From positions 44,145-108,144 of the forward strand of contig JBGVRX010000002.1 of NCBI GenBank assembly GCA_045128835.1: DNA of 64,000 nt, given 5' to 3'. Both the position numbers and the translations under genes were made by a program. This DNA is from Bacilli bacterium. GTDB taxonomy: Bacteria > Bacillota_I > Bacilli_A > RFN20 > DUOF01. This document shows, piece after piece, positions 21,102 to 30,613 of the stretch. The notes below the pieces were generated by a model. It had not been told where the DNA came from, made no database searches, and was given only the letters and a program-made list of their open reading frames with translations. How positions within the stretch are numbered: position 1 is the first letter of the stretch; every line of letters begins with the position of its first letter.

Positions 21102-22787
21102 ATGAAGCGTAAAGATTATAAACGATTAGCTAAAATAAGCTTAAAAGCAAGAAAGAAAACAACTAGAAGTACAGTAAGAGGAATAAGTTTTGGTTTAATT
21201 CTTTTAATGCCTTTATTATTTATTGTTATTGCATTCCATTTGGATTTAAATAAGGAAGTAAATAAAGATCCTTCAATTAGAGTATTTAATATAGATTATT
21301 CAAATGAGGATGCTAAAGAAGGTTATTCTATAACTACAATGAAAGAAGAAAAATTAGATAAAATTTCTGAAATAAAAGGTGTAGAAAATATTATAAAATA
21401 CAATCAATATACATTTAGTAATTCGATGACTCAATGGGATGAAAGTATTAATAACATGAAAAAATTATCTCCTTTTGAAGTTGTTATAGGAGATAAAACG
21501 TTCTCTTTAGATTATGATTTAGGGACCACAGAAGATTATAGATCTGATGAAGTAGGAATTACAGTTATTGATAAAGATTATGGTAATAGTATTTTCTTAA
21601 AAGCCGATTATAGTGTATCAAATAGCCCTTTATATGCAGGAAAAGAATTTTCTAGTAATTCTGCAAAAGAGATAATGATATCATCAAATATTCTTAAATA
21701 TTACAATTTAACAGTAGAAGACGTTTTAAATAAAAATATAACTATAAATTATGTTTTACAAAGTTCATATGATACGACAACATCTTTAACTGAAGCCAAT
21801 AATACGTCTATACAACCATTTGAAGGAATTCCAGTAAGTATTTTAAAAGATTATAAAATTATTGGTGTTTTTGATTCAACTATTTATAAAACTGAAGTTA
21901 GAATGAATACTCAAAAATCATATATGTCTAAAGAAGATAAATATGAAACTTATTTCTGGATTACAACAGATTCAGTATTAGGCGTTAATGACAGTAGTTA
22001 TATTCCTGAAATTATAAGAATTGAAGTAGAAACAGAAGATGGATACTCATATCAAAGAACTCTTTATTATTATAAGGATACTCCAGTTAATTTATCTAAG
22101 AGCGCTAAAGCAAATGGATTAGCATTTATTCCTTTAGGTATGGGAGTTAGAAATGGAGATAATGGAGATTCTATTATTTCTTTTAAAACTCTAGTTGAAT
22201 TTGAATCATATGGCGCGGCAAATAATGCTGTATCAGTCGTAAATGGTTTGTATGAAGAAGGTGCAACAGGGACAGAAGATCAAAGTGTTACTAATTCATA
22301 TATGCAAGATACATTTATGAATTATAGAATGTTCTATAATGTATTTACTTATGCGTGTATTGTATTAGCGATATTTGGTGGAGTGATTTTCTTTGCTACT
22401 TTGTTAAACTTATACAATACAATTCATTATTCTGTTCAATCTAGAAGAAATTATTTAGGTATGATAAGAGCTATTGGTATGAAAGGTAAAGAAGTAACTA
22501 AAATGTACTTTGTTGAAGTTTTTCAAATATTTAAAAGGTCATATATTTGGACTGCAATATTTGGTGGAGGTATATGTTATGGTATAACATTACTATTTAA
22601 GATGATAATGGAAAGTGATGCTGCGGCTATTCTAACAATCAATTTATCTCTTAATCCAATCTACATATTAGTAGCATTTGGTGCTTTAATTATTGTCAAT
22701 ACATTAATATCATTGATGTTTGCTTTAATTGCTTGTCATAATGTTTCAAAAAAACCAATATTAGAAGTATTGGTAGAGAATAGGTAG
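21102..22787 (+). CDS. second FtsX-family ABC permease (large extracytoplasmic domain)
   Basis: Same topology as the upstream permease. RBS gaggtgg precedes the ATG at 21102. Confidence 0.65.
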   Translation: MKRKDYKRLAKISLKARKKTTRSTVRGISFGLILLMPLLFIVIAFHLDLNKEVNKDPSIRVFNIDYSNEDAKEGYSITTMKEEKLDKISEIKGVENIIKYNQYTFSNSMTQWDESINNMKKLSPFEVVIGDKTFSLDYDLGTTEDYRSDEVGITVIDKDYGNSIFLKADYSVSNSPLYAGKEFSSNSAKEIMISSNILKYYNLTVEDVLNKNITINYVLQSSYDTTTSLTEANNTSIQPFEGIPVSILKDYKIIGVFDSTIYKTEVRMNTQKSYMSKEDKYETYFWITTDSVLGVNDSSYIPEIIRIEVETEDGYSYQRTLYYYKDTPVNLSKSAKANGLAFIPLGMGVRNGDNGDSIISFKTLVEFESYGAANNAVSVVNGLYEEGATGTEDQSVTNSYMQDTFMNYRMFYNVFTYACIVLAIFGGVIFFATLLNLYNTIHYSVQSRRNYLGMIRAIGMKGKEVTKMYFVEVFQIFKRSYIWTAIFGGGICYGITLLFKMIMESDAAAILTINLSLNPIYILVAFGALIIVNTLISLMFALIACHNVSKKPILEVLVENR

Positions 22788-22797
22788 GTGAGATAAT

Positions 22798-25152
22798 ATG
22801 AAGAAAATATTTAAATATTTATTATTGTTTGTCTGTGTTATCTCGCTAGTTGGATGTAGTAAAGATGGTGTTACTATAAAAGAGCCTAGAACTATTATTT
22901 TGAATGTAGATAGTGAGGTTGTTCCTACTTTCTCAAGTAACTTTGGCACTGGTAGTTACAATGAAACTACCAAAACATATACTCATAACATAGAATCTAT
23001 AAAAGATTTATATATAACTATGTCACATGAAGATTTAAAAACTGTTACAGTTTATGTATCTACAAATGAGATGAGTGAAAAAACAATTACTAAGAATGTA
23101 TCGTTTGGTGTGGAACTAGATGCTAAAGTTCAAATTACAGTAGAGGGAGTGAAAAGTTTAGAGGGACTTGAAATATCAAAACCTTTAAATTACTCTAACT
23201 TAGTAGTAGGTAAAAAGAATACTTTTTCAATGGTTTTGCCATCTAGAGAAAGTGATTATGAAATTAAGTTTACTTTACCTAATTATAAAGAATTTAATCT
23301 AAGTTTAAAGAAAGAAAAATTAGTTAGTGGTAATGCTAAAATTTCTACAATGGCTCTAACAGAAAATCAATTTTTAATAGATATAATTGGTAATTATTAC
23401 AACTATAGTATTTATTCTAAAACAACAAATGAACTAGTTGCTTCAGGATCAAATTATGATATAAATCCAACTACAACTCATGCGGTTATAGATGGAGGAG
23501 ATAGTTATTATATTTATGTTATTAAAAATAATGGTGGAAGTTTCATGAAAGAATTACCAACTAATGAAAATGTTGTTATTGATGTAGGCAACAACTATGT
23601 AAGTTATATGGGATATGTAGATTTTAATACAACATGTAGCTATAGTTCGGCTTATTTATATAATAAAGTAACAGGTGAATTTAATTATGGTGGTAGTCTG
23701 TATGGTTCTTTAGAGGACTATGGATTGTTGTTGTATAGTTATTATGGTGATTCTTTATATTTAGATGATTTAGCAAGTGTTACAACTACTAGTGATGGTT
23801 TTTCTTATCAAGCACAAATTGATTGTACTAATATGGTAGAAGTTTCATTTGATATCACTAAAGTTGATGCTAGAACGAATGATGTGTTAGGTAAAATTAG
23901 TGATACTAGTTATATTAATTTTTCATTGTTAGAAAAAACTTCTTATACTAATGGAGTATTTAGTGGAGAACTAGTAATGATAGAATCAGGCAGTGTTTAC
24001 ATTGATTTATATAATAAAGATAACGTAAAACTTAAAACAGTTACTGAATATATTGATCAATCATTTAGAGGAGGAATATTCTCAGGAACAGTAGAATATG
24101 AAGGAAAAACTATACCATATACATTCCCTATATTTATGGAAAAACTAGTGTATAGTAGCGGTTCATATACATATCCTGCTCAAATTATAAATACAGATAT
24201 TTCTCTAGTTTCAGTTAAATTTTTAACTGAATATGGTTATGTTAATTCATTAGGGGAAGGGCATTATCTTATGGATGAAGAAAATAATATAATAATGCCA
24301 ACACTAATTGGAGGAGTAGCTTATTTTGAGATGGCTGTAGGAGCAACATATAGATTTAAAGATGGAAGTAGAAACTATACGTTCACTGTAACAGAGGAAA
24401 ACGTAAATACAGGTTATGTTTTATTTAAAGATGATTCTATAACTAGTATTAAAATAAAATTACATAAAGGATACTATGTTCAAGTTGATGATATGGCAGG
24501 TATGAAATTCTATGCTGATAGCGAGGGTTATGTGACTATTCCAGTAGGAAATAGATCATACTTATATTTCATTATATCAAATGGTATTATAGACATGAGT
24601 ACGTATTTAAATTTTGATGGTAGAGATTGTTATGAGTATGGAGCGTTTTATCTTCTTAAAGGAGCTAGTATCTCGTCAAGTTATCCTTACTATTATACAA
24701 ATGACGTGAATGATGCCGACGGTAATGTTTATTCTTTATTGCGTAAATATGATGAAAATGACACAATAACAGAGTTGTTTACTACACTTGTTAAAATTGA
24801 TACAAATAATTTTAGAGAAGATAATCAAAAGATTCAAATAAGTGATTTTGTTTATGATAATGAATACAAATCATATTATTTAGATTTAGGCCAATATTAT
24901 GATCATGTAATCAAATTTGACTCTAGTTATCCAACTAGCGCTGTAAGTTTCTCTAGCGAAGTATATGAAGTTGAATTTTATAATAGTGTTAGTGGAAATT
25001 GGGAGAAATACATTTATGTTTATGATGATACTACAATAACACTAGAATATGGAAATGATTCATATACAATCACTAGTCATGATGATAAAAACTTGAAATT
25101 AACTATTGAAGATAATGGAAACGGGTTAGAATTGATAATTAATTCTCAATAA
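22798..25152 (+). CDS. 784-aa lipoprotein of unknown function, cotranscribed with the ABC/FtsX genes
   Basis: Signal peptide with lipobox LVGC. Ser/Tyr/Asn-rich mature region. Confidence 0.6.
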   Translation: MKKIFKYLLLFVCVISLVGCSKDGVTIKEPRTIILNVDSEVVPTFSSNFGTGSYNETTKTYTHNIESIKDLYITMSHEDLKTVTVYVSTNEMSEKTITKNVSFGVELDAKVQITVEGVKSLEGLEISKPLNYSNLVVGKKNTFSMVLPSRESDYEIKFTLPNYKEFNLSLKKEKLVSGNAKISTMALTENQFLIDIIGNYYNYSIYSKTTNELVASGSNYDINPTTTHAVIDGGDSYYIYVIKNNGGSFMKELPTNENVVIDVGNNYVSYMGYVDFNTTCSYSSAYLYNKVTGEFNYGGSLYGSLEDYGLLLYSYYGDSLYLDDLASVTTTSDGFSYQAQIDCTNMVEVSFDITKVDARTNDVLGKISDTSYINFSLLEKTSYTNGVFSGELVMIESGSVYIDLYNKDNVKLKTVTEYIDQSFRGGIFSGTVEYEGKTIPYTFPIFMEKLVYSSGSYTYPAQIINTDISLVSVKFLTEYGYVNSLGEGHYLMDEENNIIMPTLIGGVAYFEMAVGATYRFKDGSRNYTFTVTEENVNTGYVLFKDDSITSIKIKLHKGYYVQVDDMAGMKFYADSEGYVTIPVGNRSYLYFIISNGIIDMSTYLNFDGRDCYEYGAFYLLKGASISSSYPYYYTNDVNDADGNVYSLLRKYDENDTITELFTTLVKIDTNNFREDNQKIQISDFVYDNEYKSYYLDLGQYYDHVIKFDSSYPTSAVSFSSEVYEVEFYNSVSGNWEKYIYVYDDTTITLEYGNDSYTITSHDDKNLKLTIEDNGNGLELIINSQ

Positions 25153-25157
25153 AATTA

Positions 25158-25182
25158 AGGGCTTCGTTAGAAGCCTTTTTTA
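25158..25182 (+). terminator. rho-independent terminator after the lipoprotein gene
   Basis: ggcttc-gtta-gaagcc hairpin followed by a T6 run. Confidence 0.6.
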
Positions 25183-25237
25183 TTAGTTAATCACCTATTT
25201 TTTTATTATACATAAATTAAAATGAAAGGGTGATTGA

Positions 25238-26092
25238 ATGAAATCAAAACTAATTACAGCCTTAGTAACTCCTTTTAACAAAGAAAAAACTATAGATGAA
25301 GAAGAGTTAAGAAGACTTATTAAGGATGTAGAGAGTCAAGGAAGTGACGGAATAGTTTTAGGGGGCACAACAGGAGAAGGAACTTCTTTAACCGTAAATG
25401 AGTTAAAAAGAATTATTGAAATAGCAAATGAAGTAACTAATGTGGAAATAATTATAAATGTAGGAACTAACTGTACCTATAAAACGATAGATTTAATAAA
25501 TAGCATTAAGGACTTAAGACATGATGCTTTAATGATGATAGTTCCTTACTACAACAAACCTACTCAAAAAGGAATTTATGACCATTTTAAAACGATTGCT
25601 GATACTTTTAAAGATGAGAAGTTTATTTTATATAATGTTCCTAGTAGAACAGTAGTTAAATTAGAAACAAACACTTTATTGTCATTAATAGGTGAATGTC
25701 CAAATATTATAGGTTTAAAGCATTCTAGTAGTGATTTTGAAATAGTAAAAGAAGTTAAAGAAAAACACCCAAATTTTCTTATTTACAGTGGTGATGATAA
25801 ATATACACTAGATATGCTAAAAGTGGGCGCAGATGGTGTTATTTCGGTGATTTCTCATGTGTTTGGTAAAGATATGAAAGAATTAATTGAAGATTATAAT
25901 AAAGGAATAGAAAATATTGTGTTAGACAAATATATAAAGGAATTAAGTGATATATTATTTTGTGAGACTAATCCTATTCCTATAAAGTATGTTTTGTCAA
26001 AAAAAGGATATGATTCAATGTGTTTAAGGCTTCCTTTAGTAGAGTTAAGTAAAGATAAACAAAAGAATATTGATATAATTTTAAATTTATAG
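25238..26092 (+). CDS. dapA: DapA/NAL-family lyase (4-hydroxy-tetrahydrodipicolinate synthase-like)
   Basis: N-terminal (A)LVTPF motif, GTTGE, the YNVPSRT motif, and a Schiff-base lysine in the GLKHS region. Confidence 0.65.
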   Translation: MKSKLITALVTPFNKEKTIDEEELRRLIKDVESQGSDGIVLGGTTGEGTSLTVNELKRIIEIANEVTNVEIIINVGTNCTYKTIDLINSIKDLRHDALMMIVPYYNKPTQKGIYDHFKTIADTFKDEKFILYNVPSRTVVKLETNTLLSLIGECPNIIGLKHSSSDFEIVKEVKEKHPNFLIYSGDDKYTLDMLKVGADGVISVISHVFGKDMKELIEDYNKGIENIVLDKYIKELSDILFCETNPIPIKYVLSKKGYDSMCLRLPLVELSKDKQKNIDIILNL

Positions 26093-26140
26093 TTTATCTT
26101 TTGTTTAATCGTTAATACTTATAAATGGGAGGAAAATAAA

Positions 26141-26560
26141 ATGAATAATAAACTTACAAGATACAACGATGATGATTTATTTAGTGGCAGTTGGCTTAAA
26201 ACTTTTTTTGATTTACCTGTTTTAAATAATTCTAATATTTTAAAAACAAATATTAGAAAGGAAGGAAATACTTATTTTTATGATGTCGCAGTTCCAGGCT
26301 ACAGTAAAGATGATGTTTCTATTAACTATGAGAATGGGTATTTAATTGTAGAAGCTAAGGTTAGTGAAGAACATAATAATTCTAATAATAAATATGTAAG
26401 GCAAGAAAGGTATTTGGGTAGTTGCTCTAGAAGTTTCTATATTGGTGAGGTAGATGAAAAGCAAATAAAAGCTAAATATAATAACGGTGTACTTAGTATT
26501 TCTTTTAAAGAAGAAACAAATAATAAAGAAACAAAAATAAAAACTATCGAAATTGAATAA
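26141..26560 (+). CDS. Hsp20/alpha-crystallin family small heat shock protein
   Basis: Alpha-crystallin domain (F.RSF.L) and the C-terminal GVL.I.F.K motif. Confidence 0.85.
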   Translation: MNNKLTRYNDDDLFSGSWLKTFFDLPVLNNSNILKTNIRKEGNTYFYDVAVPGYSKDDVSINYENGYLIVEAKVSEEHNNSNNKYVRQERYLGSCSRSFYIGEVDEKQIKAKYNNGVLSISFKEETNNKETKIKTIEIE

Positions 26561-26564
26561 ATAA

Positions 26565-26606
26565 AAAACCTCTTGTTATTAAAAATAAGAGGTTTTCTTT
26601 TTTTAT
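26565..26606. terminator. Bidirectional terminator between hsp20 and trxB
   Basis: aaaacctctt / aagaggtttt stem followed by a T-rich run. Confidence 0.65.
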
Positions 26607-27499
26607 TTGTTATTTAAGTAGTTAATAGCTTCAGTAGCAGCGACTGTTCCATCACTTGTAGAAATAGTTACTTGTCTAAATGCTTTATCTCTACAGTCTC
26701 CTGCGACAAAGATTCCAGGAAGTTCAGTCTTACAGTTATTAGATTCAATATAACCGTATTTATTGGTTTTTAGAATGTTTTTTACAAATTCACTTTGAGG
26801 AGTTAATCCAATTGAGATAAACATTCCATCAAGTGTAATTTCAGAGTCGATTCCATCAGTAGTGATAATAATAGATTCTAATTTGTCTTCACCAATTATT
26901 TTCTTTACTGTTGAGTTTGTAATAACTTCAACGTTATTCTTTTCTTTTAAATTGTTTTCTAATGCACCTTCACAAGTAAGTGTAGGTAAGTTTTGAATAA
27001 CATATACTTTTGTACAAATATCTGACATAGTTAGAGCATTTATAATAGCACTGTTACCTCCACCTATAATAGCAACAACTTTATCTTTGAAGAAGAATCC
27101 ATCGCATGCAGTACAGAAATGTATTCCATTACCGATTAAGTTTTCTTCATTTTCTAATCCTAATAAACGATATTTTGAACCTGTTGCTATAATAACGCTT
27201 TTTGCTTCGTAAGTGTTATCATCTGTTACTACTTTTTTTGTATCTCCATCAATTATTTCTTTTACTTCTTCTAATTCAAATTCAACGTTTAAACTATCTA
27301 CTTGTTCAAACATATTATTAGCTAATTCACTTCCACTTATGCTTGTAAATCCAGGATAGTTCTCAATTAATGGAGAAGAGGCCATTTGGCCTCCGATTGA
27401 TTCTTTCTCCAGAATTAAAACTTTCTTATTGGATCTAGCAGCATATATTGCAGAAGTCATCCCAGCAGGACCACATCCAACAATAATTACATCGTACAT
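26603..27499 (-). CDS. trxB: thioredoxin-disulfide reductase
   Basis: FAD motif GCGPAG, redox-active CTACDG, and NADPH motif GGGNSA. Confidence 0.9.
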   Translation of the reverse strand: MYDVIIVGCGPAGMTSAIYAARSNKKVLILEKESIGGQMASSPLIENYPGFTSISGSELANNMFEQVDSLNVEFELEEVKEIIDGDTKKVVTDDNTYEAKSVIIATGSKYRLLGLENEENLIGNGIHFCTACDGFFFKDKVVAIIGGGNSAIINALTMSDICTKVYVIQNLPTLTCEGALENNLKEKNNVEVITNSTVKKIIGEDKLESIIITTDGIDSEITLDGMFISIGLTPQSEFVKNILKTNKYGYIESNNCKTELPGIFVAGDCRDKAFRQVTISTSDGTVAATEAINYLNNK

Positions 27500-27510
27500 A
27501 TTAATACCTA

Positions 27511-29880
27511 TTATAATGTTTCAATATATTTTTTGATGTTAGATAAATTAACGATATTTTGAACTTCGTTGTTTTTGATAACTACTAGTGTAGGAGCTTG
27601 TTTTACTCCGTATTTTTTAGTTAATTCAACTTTTTCTTCAGCATCTACGAAGTTGAATTTAGTAGATGATTTATCTAATAATTTTTCAGCCATTCTACAG
27701 TTAGGACAAGTTTTTGTTCCAAATAACATTATTTCATCTTCACTTACAGAAGTTGTAGTTGAAGTTCTTGAAGTTGCTGTAGTAGTTGTAGTTGTTTTAG
27801 GTGAAGAAGAACAACTTAAGTCGTAATTCTTTCTGTTTTTGTATTCTTGAGTCTTACCATCGTTCCAGTTTTTAACAGGACGGTAGTAACCAGTGATTCT
27901 ACTGTAGATTTCAGTTTCAGCACCACAGTCAGGACATGTAGATACTTCACCGTTAATATATCCATGAGTTCTACAAATTGAATATACTGGAGATAATGTA
28001 TAGTAAGGTAATTTGTAGTTTTCAGAAATCTTTCTTACTAGGTTAGCAGCAGATTTCCAATCTTCTAATCTTTCACCTAAGAATGCATGGAATACAGTAC
28101 CAGAAGTATAAAGAGTTTGTAATTCATCTTGAATATCTAATGCTGCGAACATATCATCAGTGTATCCTACTGGAAGGTGAGAACTGTTTGTATAATAAGG
28201 TGTTTCTCCTTCTTTTGCAGCAGTGATTAAATCAGGATATAAACTCTTATCTTTCTTAGCAAAACGATAAGTAGTAGATTCAGCAGGAGTAGCTTCTAAG
28301 TTATATAGATCACCATATTCTTCTTGATAATCTGACAATTTTTCTCTCATGAAGTTAAGAACGTTCTTAGTGAATTCTTGTGCTTCTGTTTCTGTTAAAT
28401 CTTTCTTAATCCATTTAGCATTTAAACATGCTTCATTCATACCAACTAATCCGATTGTAGAGAAGTGGTTATTGAATGTACCTAAGTATCTTCTTGTATA
28501 TGGATATAATCCTTCATTTAATAATTTTGTAATAACATTACGTTTGATTTTTAAACTTCTTGCAGCTAAATTCATCATGTTTTCTAATCTTTCATAGAAT
28601 TCTTTTTCTGTTTTAGCTAAGTATGCGATACGAGGAATATTGATAGTTACAACACCAATTGATCCTGTTGATTCACCACTACCGAAGAATCCTCCTGATT
28701 TCTTTCTAAGTTCTCTTAAGTCAAGTCTTAAACGGCAGCACATACTACGAACATCACTTGGTTCCATATCACTATTGATATAGTTAGAGAAGTAAGGTGT
28801 TCCGTATTTTGCAGTCATTTCAAATAATAATTTGTTGTTTTCTGTTTCAGACCAGTCGAAGTCTTTTGTGATTGAATAAGTTGGGATTGGGTATTGGAAT
28901 CCTCTTCCGTTAGCATCTCCTTCGATCATTGTTTCGATGAATGCTTTGTTTACCATATCCATTTCTTTTTGACAATCTTTATATTTGAAGTCAACTTCTT
29001 TACCTCCAACGATACAGTTAAGTTCTGCTAAATCGTTTGGAACAGTCCAGTCTAATGTGATGTTTGTAAATGGTGCTTGAGTACCCCATCTACTTGGTGT
29101 ATTAACACCATATATAAATGATTGAATACATTGTTTAGTTTGTTTGTATGTTAAATTATCGATTTTTACAAATGGTGCTAAATAAGTATCGAATGATGAG
29201 AATGCTTGAGCTCCAGCCCATTCATTTTGCATGATACCTAAGAAGTTAACCATTTGGTTACATAAAGTTGATAGGTGTTTAGCAGGAGATGATGTAATCT
29301 TTCCAGGAATGCCTCCTAAACCTTCTTGGATTAATTGTTTTAAACTCCATCCAGCACAATAACCTGTTAACATTGAAAGGTCATGTAAGTGGATGTCACA
29401 GTTACGATGAGCATCAGCAATAGCGTTATCATAAACTTCACTTAACCAGTAATTAGCAGTAATAGCTCCAGAGTTTCCTAAAATTAATCCGCCTACTGAA
29501 TAAGTAACAGTAGAGTTTTCTTTAACTCTCCAGTCAGTAACATTTAAGTAACTATTCACTACATCTTTATAATCTAATACTGTAGATTTCATGTTACGCA
29601 TTTTATCGTGTAATTTACGGTATAGGATGTAAGCTTTAGCGACATCTCCATAACCAGCACTAATTAAAACGCTTTCAACGCTATCTTGGATGTCTTCAAC
29701 ATCTACGATATTATCTTTTACTTTGCTTTCGAAATTAGCAGTAACTTTTAATGCTAAGAAATCAATGATGTTTTCATCATATACTTTATTCTCAGCTTCA
29801 AATGCCTTAGTTATTGCTTCTGTGATTTTTTTGATTTCAAATGAAACTATTTTTCCTTCTCTTTTTCTTACTTTAAACAT
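27511..29880 (-). CDS. nrdD: anaerobic ribonucleoside-triphosphate reductase (class III) with a C-terminal glutaredoxin/NrdH-like domain attached via a poly-Thr linker
   Basis: N-terminal ATP-cone and an IHLHDL active-site region. Zn-ribbon CPDCG plus the glycyl-radical motif SRITGYY. Then PKTTTTTTATSRTSTTTS, followed by a thioredoxin-fold domain with CPNC. Confidence 0.9.
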   Translation of the reverse strand: MFKVRKREGKIVSFEIKKITEAITKAFEAENKVYDENIIDFLALKVTANFESKVKDNIVDVEDIQDSVESVLISAGYGDVAKAYILYRKLHDKMRNMKSTVLDYKDVVNSYLNVTDWRVKENSTVTYSVGGLILGNSGAITANYWLSEVYDNAIADAHRNCDIHLHDLSMLTGYCAGWSLKQLIQEGLGGIPGKITSSPAKHLSTLCNQMVNFLGIMQNEWAGAQAFSSFDTYLAPFVKIDNLTYKQTKQCIQSFIYGVNTPSRWGTQAPFTNITLDWTVPNDLAELNCIVGGKEVDFKYKDCQKEMDMVNKAFIETMIEGDANGRGFQYPIPTYSITKDFDWSETENNKLLFEMTAKYGTPYFSNYINSDMEPSDVRSMCCRLRLDLRELRKKSGGFFGSGESTGSIGVVTINIPRIAYLAKTEKEFYERLENMMNLAARSLKIKRNVITKLLNEGLYPYTRRYLGTFNNHFSTIGLVGMNEACLNAKWIKKDLTETEAQEFTKNVLNFMREKLSDYQEEYGDLYNLEATPAESTTYRFAKKDKSLYPDLITAAKEGETPYYTNSSHLPVGYTDDMFAALDIQDELQTLYTSGTVFHAFLGERLEDWKSAANLVRKISENYKLPYYTLSPVYSICRTHGYINGEVSTCPDCGAETEIYSRITGYYRPVKNWNDGKTQEYKNRKNYDLSCSSSPKTTTTTTATSRTSTTTSVSEDEIMLFGTKTCPNCRMAEKLLDKSSTKFNFVDAEEKVELTKKYGVKQAPTLVVIKNNEVQNIVNLSNIKKYIETL

Positions 29881-29884
29881 AAAC

Positions 29885-30613
29885 TTACCTCTTTCCTCTC
29901 CCCCTAATTGTTACATTAGGATATCTTCTTTCTAATTTTTTTTCGATTTCTAGTAATTCAGCATCGCTAAACCCACTTAATCCTTTTTGTAAAACTGTAT
30001 CGCAATCTCGATAATTTTGAATGTAGAATTTAACGCTTGGACCTAGATAGTCTAGAATTTCTTCAATATTTTCGAAACTATGCAACTCTTTTACTACAGT
30101 TGTTCTAAACTCATAGTCGATATTAGATGATTTAAGAACATCAATACTTTCTTTTATATCATCTAAACTTACTTTTGCTCCGGAAGTAACATCATACTTT
30201 GAAAAAGTGTTTTTTACATCCATTGCTACATAATCGATCAGGTTACAATCAATTAGTTTCTTCAATATTTTTGGTTTGCTACCATTAGTGTCCAATTTAA
30301 CTTTATAACCTTTCTCTTTTATTTTTCTAATGAACAGTTCAATATCTTTCTGTAATAGTGGTTCCCCTCCACTAATACATACTCCATCAATCAACCCCTT
30401 TCGTTTATCTAAATAATCAAATAAAACCTGCTCATCAATTTTATTTGAGTCATTAGCACCTTTAATCAAGCCACTGTTATGACAGAACGGACATTTAAAG
30501 TTACACCCTTGAGTGAAAATTATACATGCCGTATGTCCAGGAAAATCAACCAATGTTAATTTTTGAAAACCACTAATTTCCATAATTGTATTTGTTTCCT
30601 CCAAATTTAACAA
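29885..30613 (-). CDS. nrdG: anaerobic RNR activating enzyme (radical SAM)
   Basis: CNFKCPFCHN radical-SAM cluster motif, 242 aa. Confidence 0.85.
   Translation of the reverse strand: MLNLEETNTIMEISGFQKLTLVDFPGHTACIIFTQGCNFKCPFCHNSGLIKGANDSNKIDEQVLFDYLDKRKGLIDGVCISGGEPLLQKDIELFIRKIKEKGYKVKLDTNGSKPKILKKLIDCNLIDYVAMDVKNTFSKYDVTSGAKVSLDDIKESIDVLKSSNIDYEFRTTVVKELHSFENIEEILDYLGPSVKFYIQNYRDCDTVLQKGLSGFSDAELLEIEKKLERRYPNVTIRGRGKR

Noticed and set aside
25153-25237. Possible lysine riboswitch upstream of dapA, or a T-box/amino-acid riboswitch upstream of the APC permease (44174-44268)
   Set aside because: Both leaders are under 100 nt and AT-rich with no conserved riboswitch core sequences; they are too short for L-box or T-box elements.
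26093-26140. CIRCE (HrcA) element upstream of hsp20
   Set aside because: No TTAGCACTC-N9-GAGTGCTAA inverted repeat is present.
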